Source: an uncultured Lachnospiraceae bacterium (GTDB taxonomy: Bacteria > Bacillota > Clostridia > Lachnospirales > Lachnospiraceae). From it: a DNA stretch of 64,000 bases. The notes below the pieces were generated by a model. The model was not told where the DNA came from. It saw nothing but the letters and a program-made list of their open reading frames with translations, and made no database searches. This document shows, one piece after another, positions 29,204 through 37,173 of the stretch (position 1 is the first letter of the stretch; each line of letters begins with the position of its first letter). Both the position numbers and the translations under genes were made by a program. The DNA is taken from the NCBI GenBank assembly GCA_947169235.1, contig CAMVOY010000001.1, positions 6,743-70,742 on the forward strand, written 5' to 3'.

Positions 29204-29802
29204 TCGACAATTATTATCTGATCAGCCTGATCATCATACTTATCGGAATAGTGGTCGTAGGTCTTTATTATCGCAGACGTATACTGGCGAGAGAGATCGT
29301 TTTGATCACGTCTCTTTCTGCGCTCATAGCAATCTCCAGAGGTGTGATGGCATGGGCTCCTGAGTTAAAGCCGGTCTCCGCGCTTATCATCACGGTCGCG
29401 TCGATATTCGGTTCTGTTCCGGGGATGCTGATCGGTGCGTTGTCGGCTTTTTTGTCAAACTTTTTTATCGGGCAGGGGCCATGGACACCGTTCCAGATCA
29501 TCGCGTGGGCATTGGTCGGTTATCTTGGAGGCTTTATTAAAACGGAGAACAAGATAGTTCCGATGCTTCTTTCTATACCGCTCGTTCTCGGTGTATACTC
29601 GGTTCTTGTCAACATAGCATCCGCCATCCTGATCACGGGAAGTCTCACCTGGGACTCCTTTGTTGCGATGGAGATATCAGGCTTTCCGTTGGACCTGGTG
29701 CACACGGGATTTACGGTTGTCATGATATTTTTTATATGGAAACCGTTCAGGAAAAAGCTTATGCGTATGCACACAAAGTACAGGATACTCGCGAGATTTT
29801 AA
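29179..29802 (+). CDS. ECF S-component-like membrane protein
   Basis: About 207 aa with about 6 TM spans, last gene of the ECF cluster. Substrate assignment is inference only. Confidence 0.6.
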   Translation: MAGSKSILIDNYYLISLIIILIGIVVVGLYYRRRILAREIVLITSLSALIAISRGVMAWAPELKPVSALIITVASIFGSVPGMLIGALSAFLSNFFIGQGPWTPFQIIAWALVGYLGGFIKTENKIVPMLLSIPLVLGVYSVLVNIASAILITGSLTWDSFVAMEISGFPLDLVHTGFTVVMIFFIWKPFRKKLMRMHTKYRILARF

Positions 29803-29825
29803 ATAACATCATTATAATGATTGCT

Positions 29826-29864
29826 ATTAAGAAGGGACCTCCTAATCGAAGATCCCTTCTTAAT
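29826..29864. terminator. strong hairpin at the cluster/island junction (no clear U-run)
   Basis: ATTAAGAAGGGA ... TCCCTTCTTAAT, a 12-bp stem. Confidence 0.4.
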
Positions 29865-29915
29865 GTCAATTAGACGTATTCTTTTAGTTACCTGACCATA
29901 TCCCCATCTCTTCCG

Positions 29916-30269
29916 TTACAGACATGTCAGTGCAAGATCGATTGTGTCTTGATCTATCCCGGCATTTCGAAGTTCATCTTCGGATTTACCACCCTTGAGC
30001 ATATGGATCGCTTCTGCCAGTTCGTTTTGACCATTTGCTCGGGCTCGTTTGTCACTCTGCAGTTGATTCTGCATTCTGATAAGATAATCCCTTCTCAACG
30101 CTGAATCCATTTTTGCTTTTTCAATAGCCATATTTACCCTCCTAACATAACTGTCATCTGACATTTTTCCTGCCACATAATCAAGGAATGCTTTCATTTT
30201 GTTGTCCACGTCATTAGCAGTTCCTACCGCGTTGAGGATGATACTTTTGGTTCCATCCATCAATTCCAA
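29916..30269 (-). pseudogene. C-terminal fragment of an Rpn-family (PD-(D/E)XK) recombination-promoting nuclease/transposase
   Basis: DGTKSIILNAVGT..MKAFLDYVAGKMSDDSYV is the typical middle/C-terminal Rpn pattern. The nuclease N-terminal half is missing. The frame opens only 5 codons upstream of the TTG start used by the track. Confidence 0.6.
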
Positions 30270-30285
30270 ATCTTTGGATTCCGTT

Positions 30286-30453
30286 TTAGCACCTGCATCT
30301 CAACGGTAAATGCTCTTTCGCGCTGATCTTTTGCATATACATCAAATCTGACACCATATCGATTCTCAGAGATTCCCAATGATTTATAAACGATTCACTC
30401 ATAGACGCATCAATCTCAGATTCGTCATTTAGTTTTATATTCGATATAGCCAT
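30286..30453 (-). CDS. small hypothetical ORF (55 aa) abutting the Rpn fragment
   Basis: ATG 30453 lies behind a strong RBS AGGAGGTG. No recognisable family. Confidence 0.3.
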   Translation of the reverse strand: MAISNIKLNDESEIDASMSESFINHWESLRIDMVSDLMYMQKISAKEHLPLRCRC

Positions 30454-30760
30454 ATCTACACCTCCTATTTTACAAGAAAAACCTGATTTAGTCAACTAAA
30501 TAAAGCCATTATTCGCGAGATGTATGGATATGGTTTTTGAGTTTGGGCACAAAAAAGAAACGTCATATCGACTTAAACTGTGCTATTCACTTGTCTTTGA
30601 TACGCGGAATAGGCCGCGTAAATAGAAAAATGAGAAATCACCCTCTAGCACAGATAGGGGGGATTGGTAAAAATTATATCACAAGAGGTAGGGAAAAGCA
30701 AGACTATTTTTGAAATCGGGTGAATTGATGTGTTTATCCTGCCGGGATTTGAAATGAGGC

Positions 30761-30864
30761 TTGACTTTTCCGGAAAAGGTGATAGAATGATATCAACAGG
30801 AGAGTCCTGCCAATAAGTGGACGTTCAAACAGGATGGCATCGCTACGGTGGTGCCATTATTTTT
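30761..30864 (+). promoter_or_regulatory. promoter, short untranslated RNA and terminator hairpin upstream of the ToxN-like ORF
   Basis: TTGACT (30761-30766), 16 nt, TAGAAT (30783-30788). Two loosely similar ~33-nt units start TCAACAGGA and TCAAACAGGA. Hairpin ATGGCA...TGCCAT is followed by TATTTTT (30834-30864). Confidence 0.4.
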
Positions 30865-30889
30865 ACATCTTGCTTGGGAGTAAAACAAC

Positions 30890-31126
30890 ATGGAACAACA
30901 TGAGCTGCGATTGTATATGGTAGATATGAAGTATTGTGTGCCTCTCTCAAAGCCCAAAGACAAACATAAAGAAATGCGTGATAAAATTGATTTCAAACGC
31001 ATTATTGTTGATGAAAAAATCATTGGTGTTATCAATTTCAATCTTATGATTCCTGTAGAGGAAGATCAGCTACGAGAGATTGACACAGAGATACATAAGC
31101 ACGATAACAGAGATACACGCAGCTAA
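30890..31126 (+). pseudogene. truncated ToxN/AbiQ-family type III toxin remnant
   Basis: LYMVDMKY..VPLSKPKDKHKEM..DF..I...IGVINFNLMIPV matches the ToxN/AbiQ core blocks. About 30 aa between the first two blocks and the whole C-terminal half are missing. Confidence 0.5.
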
Positions 31127-31223
31127 TCCGAGGCGAGGTGTAGTGATGGATCCGCTGAGGACAGGGAGTGTGGTGTTTTACGGAAGACCATATGTGGGAT
31201 AAACAAAAATCTGAAAAATGAGA

Positions 31224-31251
31224 TTGAATTCGTAAAAAAACATGTTATAAT
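31224..31251 (+). promoter_or_regulatory. candidate promoter
   Basis: TTGAAT, 16 nt, then TATAAT with an upstream TG. Confidence 0.5.
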
Positions 31252-31272
31252 GACATTGAGGGGGTGATTCAC

Positions 31273-31503
31273 ATGAGTCCACGAATGACCTGGAGCGATA
31301 TAAAAAAAGCATATCCTGATCAGCACGTCGGTTTAGCTGACGTAGAATTTGGGGATCACAACGAAATCAAGTCTGCTGTCGTGATGTATTCTGAAACCAA
31401 TACATCTAAAAACCAGATTTTTGAACAGGCAATCGGCGGCAAAGTGATACAGGCTTACACCTCGCCTGATAAAATTCTAAATCTGGGGGCAGTATCAAAA
31501 TGA
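31273..31503 (+). CDS. small hypothetical protein (76 aa)
   Basis: ATG 31273 lies behind GAGGGGG. Its stop overlaps the start of the next gene (ATGA). Confidence 0.5.
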   Translation: MSPRMTWSDIKKAYPDQHVGLADVEFGDHNEIKSAVVMYSETNTSKNQIFEQAIGGKVIQAYTSPDKILNLGAVSK

Positions 31504-31943
31504 AAGAAATATCATTTAAGCTGAATCCGGATTATATTCGGCCTGTTATTAGGTTATACGGTCTTGATGCACTCATTGACACTGGAGCAAAGTTCCCGGT
31601 AACTACTATTTCAAAAGAAATATTAGTCAATAATTTCAATGCAAAATGCATCGTTCCCGAAACTCAGATCAACGGATTTGGAGGGAATTGTACCGGAGCA
31701 GTATATGAACTTGAGTCATTCCATGTTGGTGATCTGATTTTCCCAAGGATGACTATTTTCCAAACGGATGAAGATATTGGGTTTCCACTTATCCTTAGTG
31801 CGGGGATGTTTGATGGGTTGGATGTAGTATTGAGTTTCAATCAAAAAACGATACTGTTTCAGGTTCCAGATAATCAGCTTGTCAGAAATCAACATGTAAA
31901 AGACTCAGATGGAAATGTTTGGATCCTAAATGCTTCAAAGTAA
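31500..31943 (+). CDS. retropepsin-like aspartic endopeptidase
   Basis: 147 aa with the ALIDTGA (D-T-G-A) active-site motif, the size of single-lobe retropepsins. Confidence 0.75.
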   Translation: MKEISFKLNPDYIRPVIRLYGLDALIDTGAKFPVTTISKEILVNNFNAKCIVPETQINGFGGNCTGAVYELESFHVGDLIFPRMTIFQTDEDIGFPLILSAGMFDGLDVVLSFNQKTILFQVPDNQLVRNQHVKDSDGNVWILNASK

Positions 31944-31964
31944 TCTAATAGAACGAAATACAAT

Positions 31965-31994
31965 AAGCACCTGCTTTTTGTGGGTGCTTTTTTA
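31965..31994 (+). terminator. rho-independent terminator
   Basis: AAGCACC ... GGTGCTT followed by TTTTT. Confidence 0.7.
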
Positions 31995-32013
31995 ATGCAA
32001 AAAGGAGAAACAT

Positions 32014-32157
32014 ATGCGAGATAAGAAACCATGGATCGTCATCATCCTCATCATCGGGATTATGGCGTTTCCATTTTTCACTAGAAATAGCATACTGCAC
32101 CATTTTCAAGCGCTTTCCAAGATTCCTAAGCCGTATTTCTACTCCACTGATCTTTAA
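32014..32157 (+). CDS. small membrane peptide ORF (47 aa, below the track cutoff)
   Basis: ATG 32014 lies behind AAAGGAGAAAC. It has a hydrophobic core WIVIILIIGIMAFPFF. I translated it manually. Confidence 0.3.
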   Translation: MRDKKPWIVIILIIGIMAFPFFTRNSILHHFQALSKIPKPYFYSTDL

Positions 32158-32379
32158 ACGATCATACGGAGCATCCAGAGTGATAAATAATCTGATCCAC
32201 AGTACTCACTTGCAAACTTCGATCCTATTTGTATGATGTCACCAGTCTCAGAAACAATTATCTGTCCACTGATATTATCCGTGATGTATTTCTCAACATG
32301 GATATTACGGTGCGGCGGAGCCGCCGTTCCGATGCGGCGTGAGCCGCTTGTCCGGAACGGGTTGAGCCACCGCTTGTTG

Positions 32380-33153
32380 TTATTTCTGTTTTGACTTTAA
32401 GCCGTACACCTCACGCATTGAGATATCTTTTGTAGGGTCGATACTCTCGATGTTTATCTCGTATCCATCATGGATTATGCGATCCAGGATCGCATCTGCA
32501 AGTGGAGATGCACTGCCACCAAGTTGATCATACCATCCTTCCTTGCGGTACTGTGAGCAAAAGATGGTTGATGATTTTTTGCGTCGTCTGTGCAACAGTT
32601 CAAAGATACACTGTTGTTCATACTCATCAGGAGTAAGAAGTAACCACTCATCTAGAATGAGTAGTGTGGGGTTGGCGTATTTACCAAGAGTCTTTTTAAA
32701 ATGATTCTCTTCTCGGGCCATCTTCAGGTCGAGAAGGAGATCCGGCATGCGGACATACTTGGTATTGTAAAAGTGTTTACAAGCTTCCATCCCCAGAGCA
32801 CAGGCAAGGTAGCTCTTACCACTGCCTGTGGCGCCGGTTATGAATACGTTAAGGTATTCCGTGATATAATCACATGTGGCGAGTCTAAGTATAAGATCCT
32901 TGTTAAGCTTTCGTCCGGAAGTATAGTCTATATCAACTACACTTGCTTCCGGTTGATCGAAACTGGCGTTTTTGATCAATCGCTTAAGACGGTTGCTCTT
33001 GCGACTTGAATACTCGATGTCAACCAGCATTGCCAATCGATCTTCGAAGGAAACCTCCTTCAGTTTTGGATCTTCCGATTGGATTATGAGAGCGTTTGCC
33101 ATTGATGTAAGACGCATCTCGATAAGCTTATTTATAGTACTTTGTTCAAACAT
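32380..33153 (-). CDS. istB: IS21-family helper ATPase IstB
   Basis: Walker A GATGSGKS, Walker B LLILDEW, and the typical IstB N-terminus. Confidence 0.95.
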   Translation of the reverse strand: MFEQSTINKLIEMRLTSMANALIIQSEDPKLKEVSFEDRLAMLVDIEYSSRKSNRLKRLIKNASFDQPEASVVDIDYTSGRKLNKDLILRLATCDYITEYLNVFITGATGSGKSYLACALGMEACKHFYNTKYVRMPDLLLDLKMAREENHFKKTLGKYANPTLLILDEWLLLTPDEYEQQCIFELLHRRRKKSSTIFCSQYRKEGWYDQLGGSASPLADAILDRIIHDGYEINIESIDPTKDISMREVYGLKSKQK

Positions 33154-33159
33154 TGACGA

Positions 33160-34698
33160 TTACCTCCTGTTATAGTAGTCGGCACCTCTCGTGATGCCGT
33201 AGGGATTGACGGTGGGTTCGGAAGACTGTTCTTCCGGTTTAGCTAGATCAGGCTTGGCTTTCAAGATGTTCAATACACTCTTGTAGCTCGGCGATGATGT
33301 TAAACTCAACGCTTTTGCACAGGCAGCTTCTAGTTGATTTGGAGAGTACCTCTCCGAAAGCTTTAGAAGCCCCATACAGCCCTTATAGGTCTGTTGCTCC
33401 ACTCGTCTGGAGGTAAGTATAGCGTCCACAACCTTGTAGGTATTTATCCCTATATGCTCCGCCCATTTGCGGAATCGATCACCGTTCCATTCCAAGAACT
33501 TTTGGTGATCCGGTGGCATATGTTCCGTTACCGTAGAATACTGTCCTTTGCGACCATACAGGCGCACATGGGTTGCGATACGGTTTTGGTTGTAGAATAC
33601 TTCAATAGTTTTGTCCGTTACCCGTACGTCGACACGTTTTTTTATGTACTCATATGGAACTGAGTATAGACAACCGTCGACAGATATGTGATAATTGAAC
33701 TGAACGGTGGCTTGTTTCCATTCCGCCAGTTCGTATGGGGTAGCGGGTAATGACGCCAGAAATGGTAATTCTTCGGTTCGGAATAGTTCATATCGGCTAC
33801 CCTCTTTTTTCTGAAAGGGTTTCCGATTGTAGGCATCGAGCTTTGCCCGTATCGCCTGATTCATCTCTCTGAACGAGAAAAACTGTTCATTTCTGAGAGC
33901 GGCTATGATCCACGTAGACACATGTCCTACGGATCCTTCCGCATTTGGTTTATCCTTTGGTTTTCGTACCCGTGCTGGGATGATGGCTGTCCCATAGTGT
34001 TCCGCCATCTCATGGTAGACTGCGTTTATCCGCGGATCTTCATATCTCTTGTTTTGATTGACCGCAGTTTTACAGTTATCCGGTATGAGGATTCGTGCTA
34101 CGCCACCAAAGAAGTCGTACATGTGGATATGGGCACTGATCCATGCTGCCTGCTTTTCGTCGGGGAATGCCTCAACGTAAGCGTACTGGCTGTAAGACAG
34201 GACTCCCACAAAGATGTGGGCATCGATGATCTCACCGGTATTCCGGTCGATGATCTGTGCCTTATCACCTGCCCAGTCCACTTCCACCTGCTCTGCAGGC
34301 TTGCGGTCGATATGCATGGTGGCACGTCGTTTCTGCTCATCCTGTTGGATGTAGTAGCAGAACTGAGAATACATGAGAGGATCATCCCCGTTTAATCGGC
34401 ACTCCTCCAAGTATTCGACCCATAGTAGTTTCTTGGAGACTCCGTTACGGAGAAGCTCCTTGCGGATGTAGTCGTAATCCGGCATCCGCTTGTCGCTTGA
34501 AGATTTGGGTTTCGGAAAAAGCTTTTCCTCAAGTGCCACATCCGTTAGTTCTTTCGGAAGCGGCCAGGACAATCCGAGCTCTTCGGCGCGTTTAAGCGCC
34601 TTAGCGACAGTGTTTCGCGAGCACGGGACACTTAATGCGATGTTCCGCGCGCTGAATCCAAGGCTGTTTAGCCTTAGGATTTCTCGGTACTTGTTCAT
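33160..34698 (-). CDS. istA: IS21-family transposase IstA
   Basis: 512 aa with N-terminal HTH (NIALSVPCSRNTVAKALKRA) and a DDE core. RBS AAGGAGGG. Confidence 0.95.
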   Translation of the reverse strand: MNKYREILRLNSLGFSARNIALSVPCSRNTVAKALKRAEELGLSWPLPKELTDVALEEKLFPKPKSSSDKRMPDYDYIRKELLRNGVSKKLLWVEYLEECRLNGDDPLMYSQFCYYIQQDEQKRRATMHIDRKPAEQVEVDWAGDKAQIIDRNTGEIIDAHIFVGVLSYSQYAYVEAFPDEKQAAWISAHIHMYDFFGGVARILIPDNCKTAVNQNKRYEDPRINAVYHEMAEHYGTAIIPARVRKPKDKPNAEGSVGHVSTWIIAALRNEQFFSFREMNQAIRAKLDAYNRKPFQKKEGSRYELFRTEELPFLASLPATPYELAEWKQATVQFNYHISVDGCLYSVPYEYIKKRVDVRVTDKTIEVFYNQNRIATHVRLYGRKGQYSTVTEHMPPDHQKFLEWNGDRFRKWAEHIGINTYKVVDAILTSRRVEQQTYKGCMGLLKLSERYSPNQLEAACAKALSLTSSPSYKSVLNILKAKPDLAKPEEQSSEPTVNPYGITRGADYYNRR

Positions 34699-34852
34699 AA
34701 CAAGCGCCCTCCTTTACATGAATTTACACAGAATGTGCATAAACTCATTATAAAGGATTATATATAATTGGCTCAACCGTTATCGGAATGATGGCTCACT
34801 GTAACCGGAAGGGTGGCTCACCCTCTGTCGGACAGGTGGCTCATCTGGGCCA

Positions 34853-34932
34853 AGAATACTCACAACACTGTTCAAATCCGGATTTTTGCCAGGGAATATC
34901 ATCTTTTTCACTTGAATATACTCTTTACCCAT
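34853..34932 (-). pseudogene. 5' stub of a small gene interrupted by the IS21 element
   Basis: An extended -10 (TGATATAAT) and RBS AAGGGGGG are followed by MGKEYIQVKKMIFPGKNPDLNSVVSIL. The frame then runs into the IS end. A possible 3' remainder (..NIHVEKYITDNISGQIIV..*) lies at 32154-32309 on the same strand. Confidence 0.4.
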
Positions 34933-35114
34933 AATATCCCCCCTTCTTATTATATCACGCGTTGCATGGAAATGCAGGCAGTTTTTAAAAAAGCAAGCGA
35001 TCCGCGTCAACGAATCACCTGCTCAAAATAACGGAAGTGTATTGAAAAGAAATAAAACAATATTCCCACAGTAATAAAGTGCTTTTATTTCCCCTACCCT
35101 ACCATCGCTCACGC

Positions 35115-35438
35115 TCAATCAATAAACAATTCCTTCTTGGAAGCATTAATGACCGCAGCAATAATATCCTTTGGCTTATTCTTGGATGACTCACAACTTT
35201 TTTGGCTGACACTTGGACCATCACTTCGTGATGCATCATAGGTTATAGAGACTTTGTTAAATTCTGGACTTGTTGTAATTACAAGAGAATATGTATGCTT
35301 ATAATCTCGGGAAGTATAATCAATATCTAAGGGTTTTCCATCTAACACAATATCCAATTTATAGTTTTCAGTCAAACCGCTATAATTATTAATATAATTG
35401 TTAACTATCTCTATTTCCTGATCGTTTACTTTCATCAT
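35115..35438 (-). CDS. hypothetical protein (107 aa), last gene of an AT-rich 3-gene operon
   Basis: RBS AAAGGAG. It overlaps the upstream gene by 38 nt in another frame. No family recognised. Confidence 0.6.
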   Translation of the reverse strand: MMKVNDQEIEIVNNYINNYSGLTENYKLDIVLDGKPLDIDYTSRDYKHTYSLVITTSPEFNKVSITYDASRSDGPSVSQKSCESSKNKPKDIIAAVINASKKELFID

Positions 35439-37173
35439 ATGACTCCTTTTTTATTTCATTTCGATCCAACTTATAGGGTTTAATCTCATCGGTTTCCCTA
35501 TAAAACAAATGCTCACCTATCAAAATATAATTCTCTGTTTCCTTTTCTATTCTTGTAAGCGCTTGTCCAATTAAACCATGTGAGAACGCATAGGCTCTCT
35601 CTCCTATCGTTAAACCTGCACCATCAACATAATTACGTTTAAAAACCCGTTTAGTACACTCCGTTTCCTGATCATATACATAGAGTGCTCCTTTCTTTGA
35701 ATATGCGATATATGGATAGTATGCTGAAAGTGATTCGTAATCGTCCGGAATATCTATCTCTTTTGATTCGTTATTAAAGTTTTCGCCGGAGTCCAAATCA
35801 AAATAGGAAAGAACATGTTTAGGTTTATTTAATCTATCATCATTTTTAATTCTATCAAATAAGATCCAAAGATGGTTTCTATGATTAATCGCCCCAACCA
35901 AATTAACAATCCATCTATTTTTCTTAAACTTACTTTTCAAAAACTCAGTGCTATACTCACTTGTATCAAGCGAATCCAACGAAAATCTAAACACCTTTTG
36001 ATGAAATGTTACCAAATCGTTTTTTACCGTCTCATGTCCGAAATATAAGTACCCCTCATAACAGCCAAGAAGTTGAGAATCTTTTTTGATTTCCTCAACA
36101 ACAAAACTTTTCATTTCAAGACCCTTTAGATTTAAAATATGACAAGTGCTTTTCATAGCTTCTCTGAAAAATAATTTTTTGCCCCTATACACACACATAT
36201 AGTTTATATTATGAAACTCATCACGCGAACATACCATCATTGACTCTTCATCGTTAAACTTATAACAATACAACACATTCTTACTTATATAATAAACTGT
36301 TCTACCCCATATACAAAAACATTTTATAGGAAATCTCAATTCATAAGGTATCAAATGCAACTCACCTGTTTCTTTGTCTACACAACAAAAATCATCTCCA
36401 TTAATATATGCCAAGCACTCATTGCTTTCAATATAGTCAGATGTAAGGCTATGAGGATCTAAGATTTTTTTTGCATATCCTTGTGCACACTCGTAACTAA
36501 TAGCCTTATACTCATCCTCCTCTTCACACGAAAAGTCCACATCAAACTTTTCATAATCATCAGATATTCCATAGTATCGTACAAGTCCCTCTTCACAAAA
36601 AACAAATTCGATAAGCCTAATTTCTGCATCAATCGTGTCCTTAATACTGTCATTTAGATTAAAGCGCGAGAATAACACTTTATCATAGTTATCCAGTTTG
36701 TCATCAACATCCTCATATAAAAAGAAGAATATCCGAAGCGCCTTATACAATACCTTTGAGTTCTCAACTAATTCAATTCTTTCAAAACTGGAAAAATCAT
36801 ACTCGGCATCTGGTTGCCATGAAAGCAACCCAAGTGCAGACTTTATATTAGTGCAATACTCAGTCTGATTTGCATTTTTTCCATCCAAAGAGAGCCTTGT
36901 CAATGCATTTAAAAGCATTCTCTTTTCATGATCTTCTAAATGTTCCAATCCATACGGATGTGTAATCCCAAAAAGCCTTTCAACAGCTTCATCATTAAAA
37001 TTATCTATTAAACTATCGATCGCATCAGACATTCCATCAACGTCATGACCAACATCAGTTATCAATTTTTTTAGATAATTAAGTGCGGACAGCTCCTTTT
37101 GAACTAATTCTTTATTGAGTTTAAGACCATATTTAACTCCCTCACCGAATTCATTTACATCTTTTTTGCTCAT
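35401..37173 (-). CDS. hypothetical protein: TerB-like helical N-domain plus C-terminal beta-propeller-like repeats
   Basis: LEDHEKRMLLNALTRLSLDGKNANQTEYCTNIKSALGL resembles the TerB/DjlA-N pattern. The C-terminal half has recurring (V/L)YY / LY(F/V) blades (TVYYISKNVLYCYKF, GYLYFGHE, ALYVYDQE, HLFYRE). ATGA overlap with the upstream gene. Confidence 0.7.
   Translation of the reverse strand: MSKKDVNEFGEGVKYGLKLNKELVQKELSALNYLKKLITDVGHDVDGMSDAIDSLIDNFNDEAVERLFGITHPYGLEHLEDHEKRMLLNALTRLSLDGKNANQTEYCTNIKSALGLLSWQPDAEYDFSSFERIELVENSKVLYKALRIFFFLYEDVDDKLDNYDKVLFSRFNLNDSIKDTIDAEIRLIEFVFCEEGLVRYYGISDDYEKFDVDFSCEEEDEYKAISYECAQGYAKKILDPHSLTSDYIESNECLAYINGDDFCCVDKETGELHLIPYELRFPIKCFCIWGRTVYYISKNVLYCYKFNDEESMMVCSRDEFHNINYMCVYRGKKLFFREAMKSTCHILNLKGLEMKSFVVEEIKKDSQLLGCYEGYLYFGHETVKNDLVTFHQKVFRFSLDSLDTSEYSTEFLKSKFKKNRWIVNLVGAINHRNHLWILFDRIKNDDRLNKPKHVLSYFDLDSGENFNNESKEIDIPDDYESLSAYYPYIAYSKKGALYVYDQETECTKRVFKRNYVDGAGLTIGERAYAFSHGLIGQALTRIEKETENYILIGEHLFYRETDEIKPYKLDRNEIKKESYDESKRSGNRDS

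Larger units (their letters stand above)
32311..34852 (-). mobile_element. IS21-family insertion sequence (istA-istB); ends approximate
   Basis: Intact istA and istB. Both ends carry iterated (G/T)GAGCC(A/G)CC..TTCCG(A/G) units, 3 at the low end (32317-32375) and 4 at the high end (34771-34848), in inverted orientation. Termini are placed at TG..CA by eye, with about 15 nt uncertainty. Confidence 0.85.
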
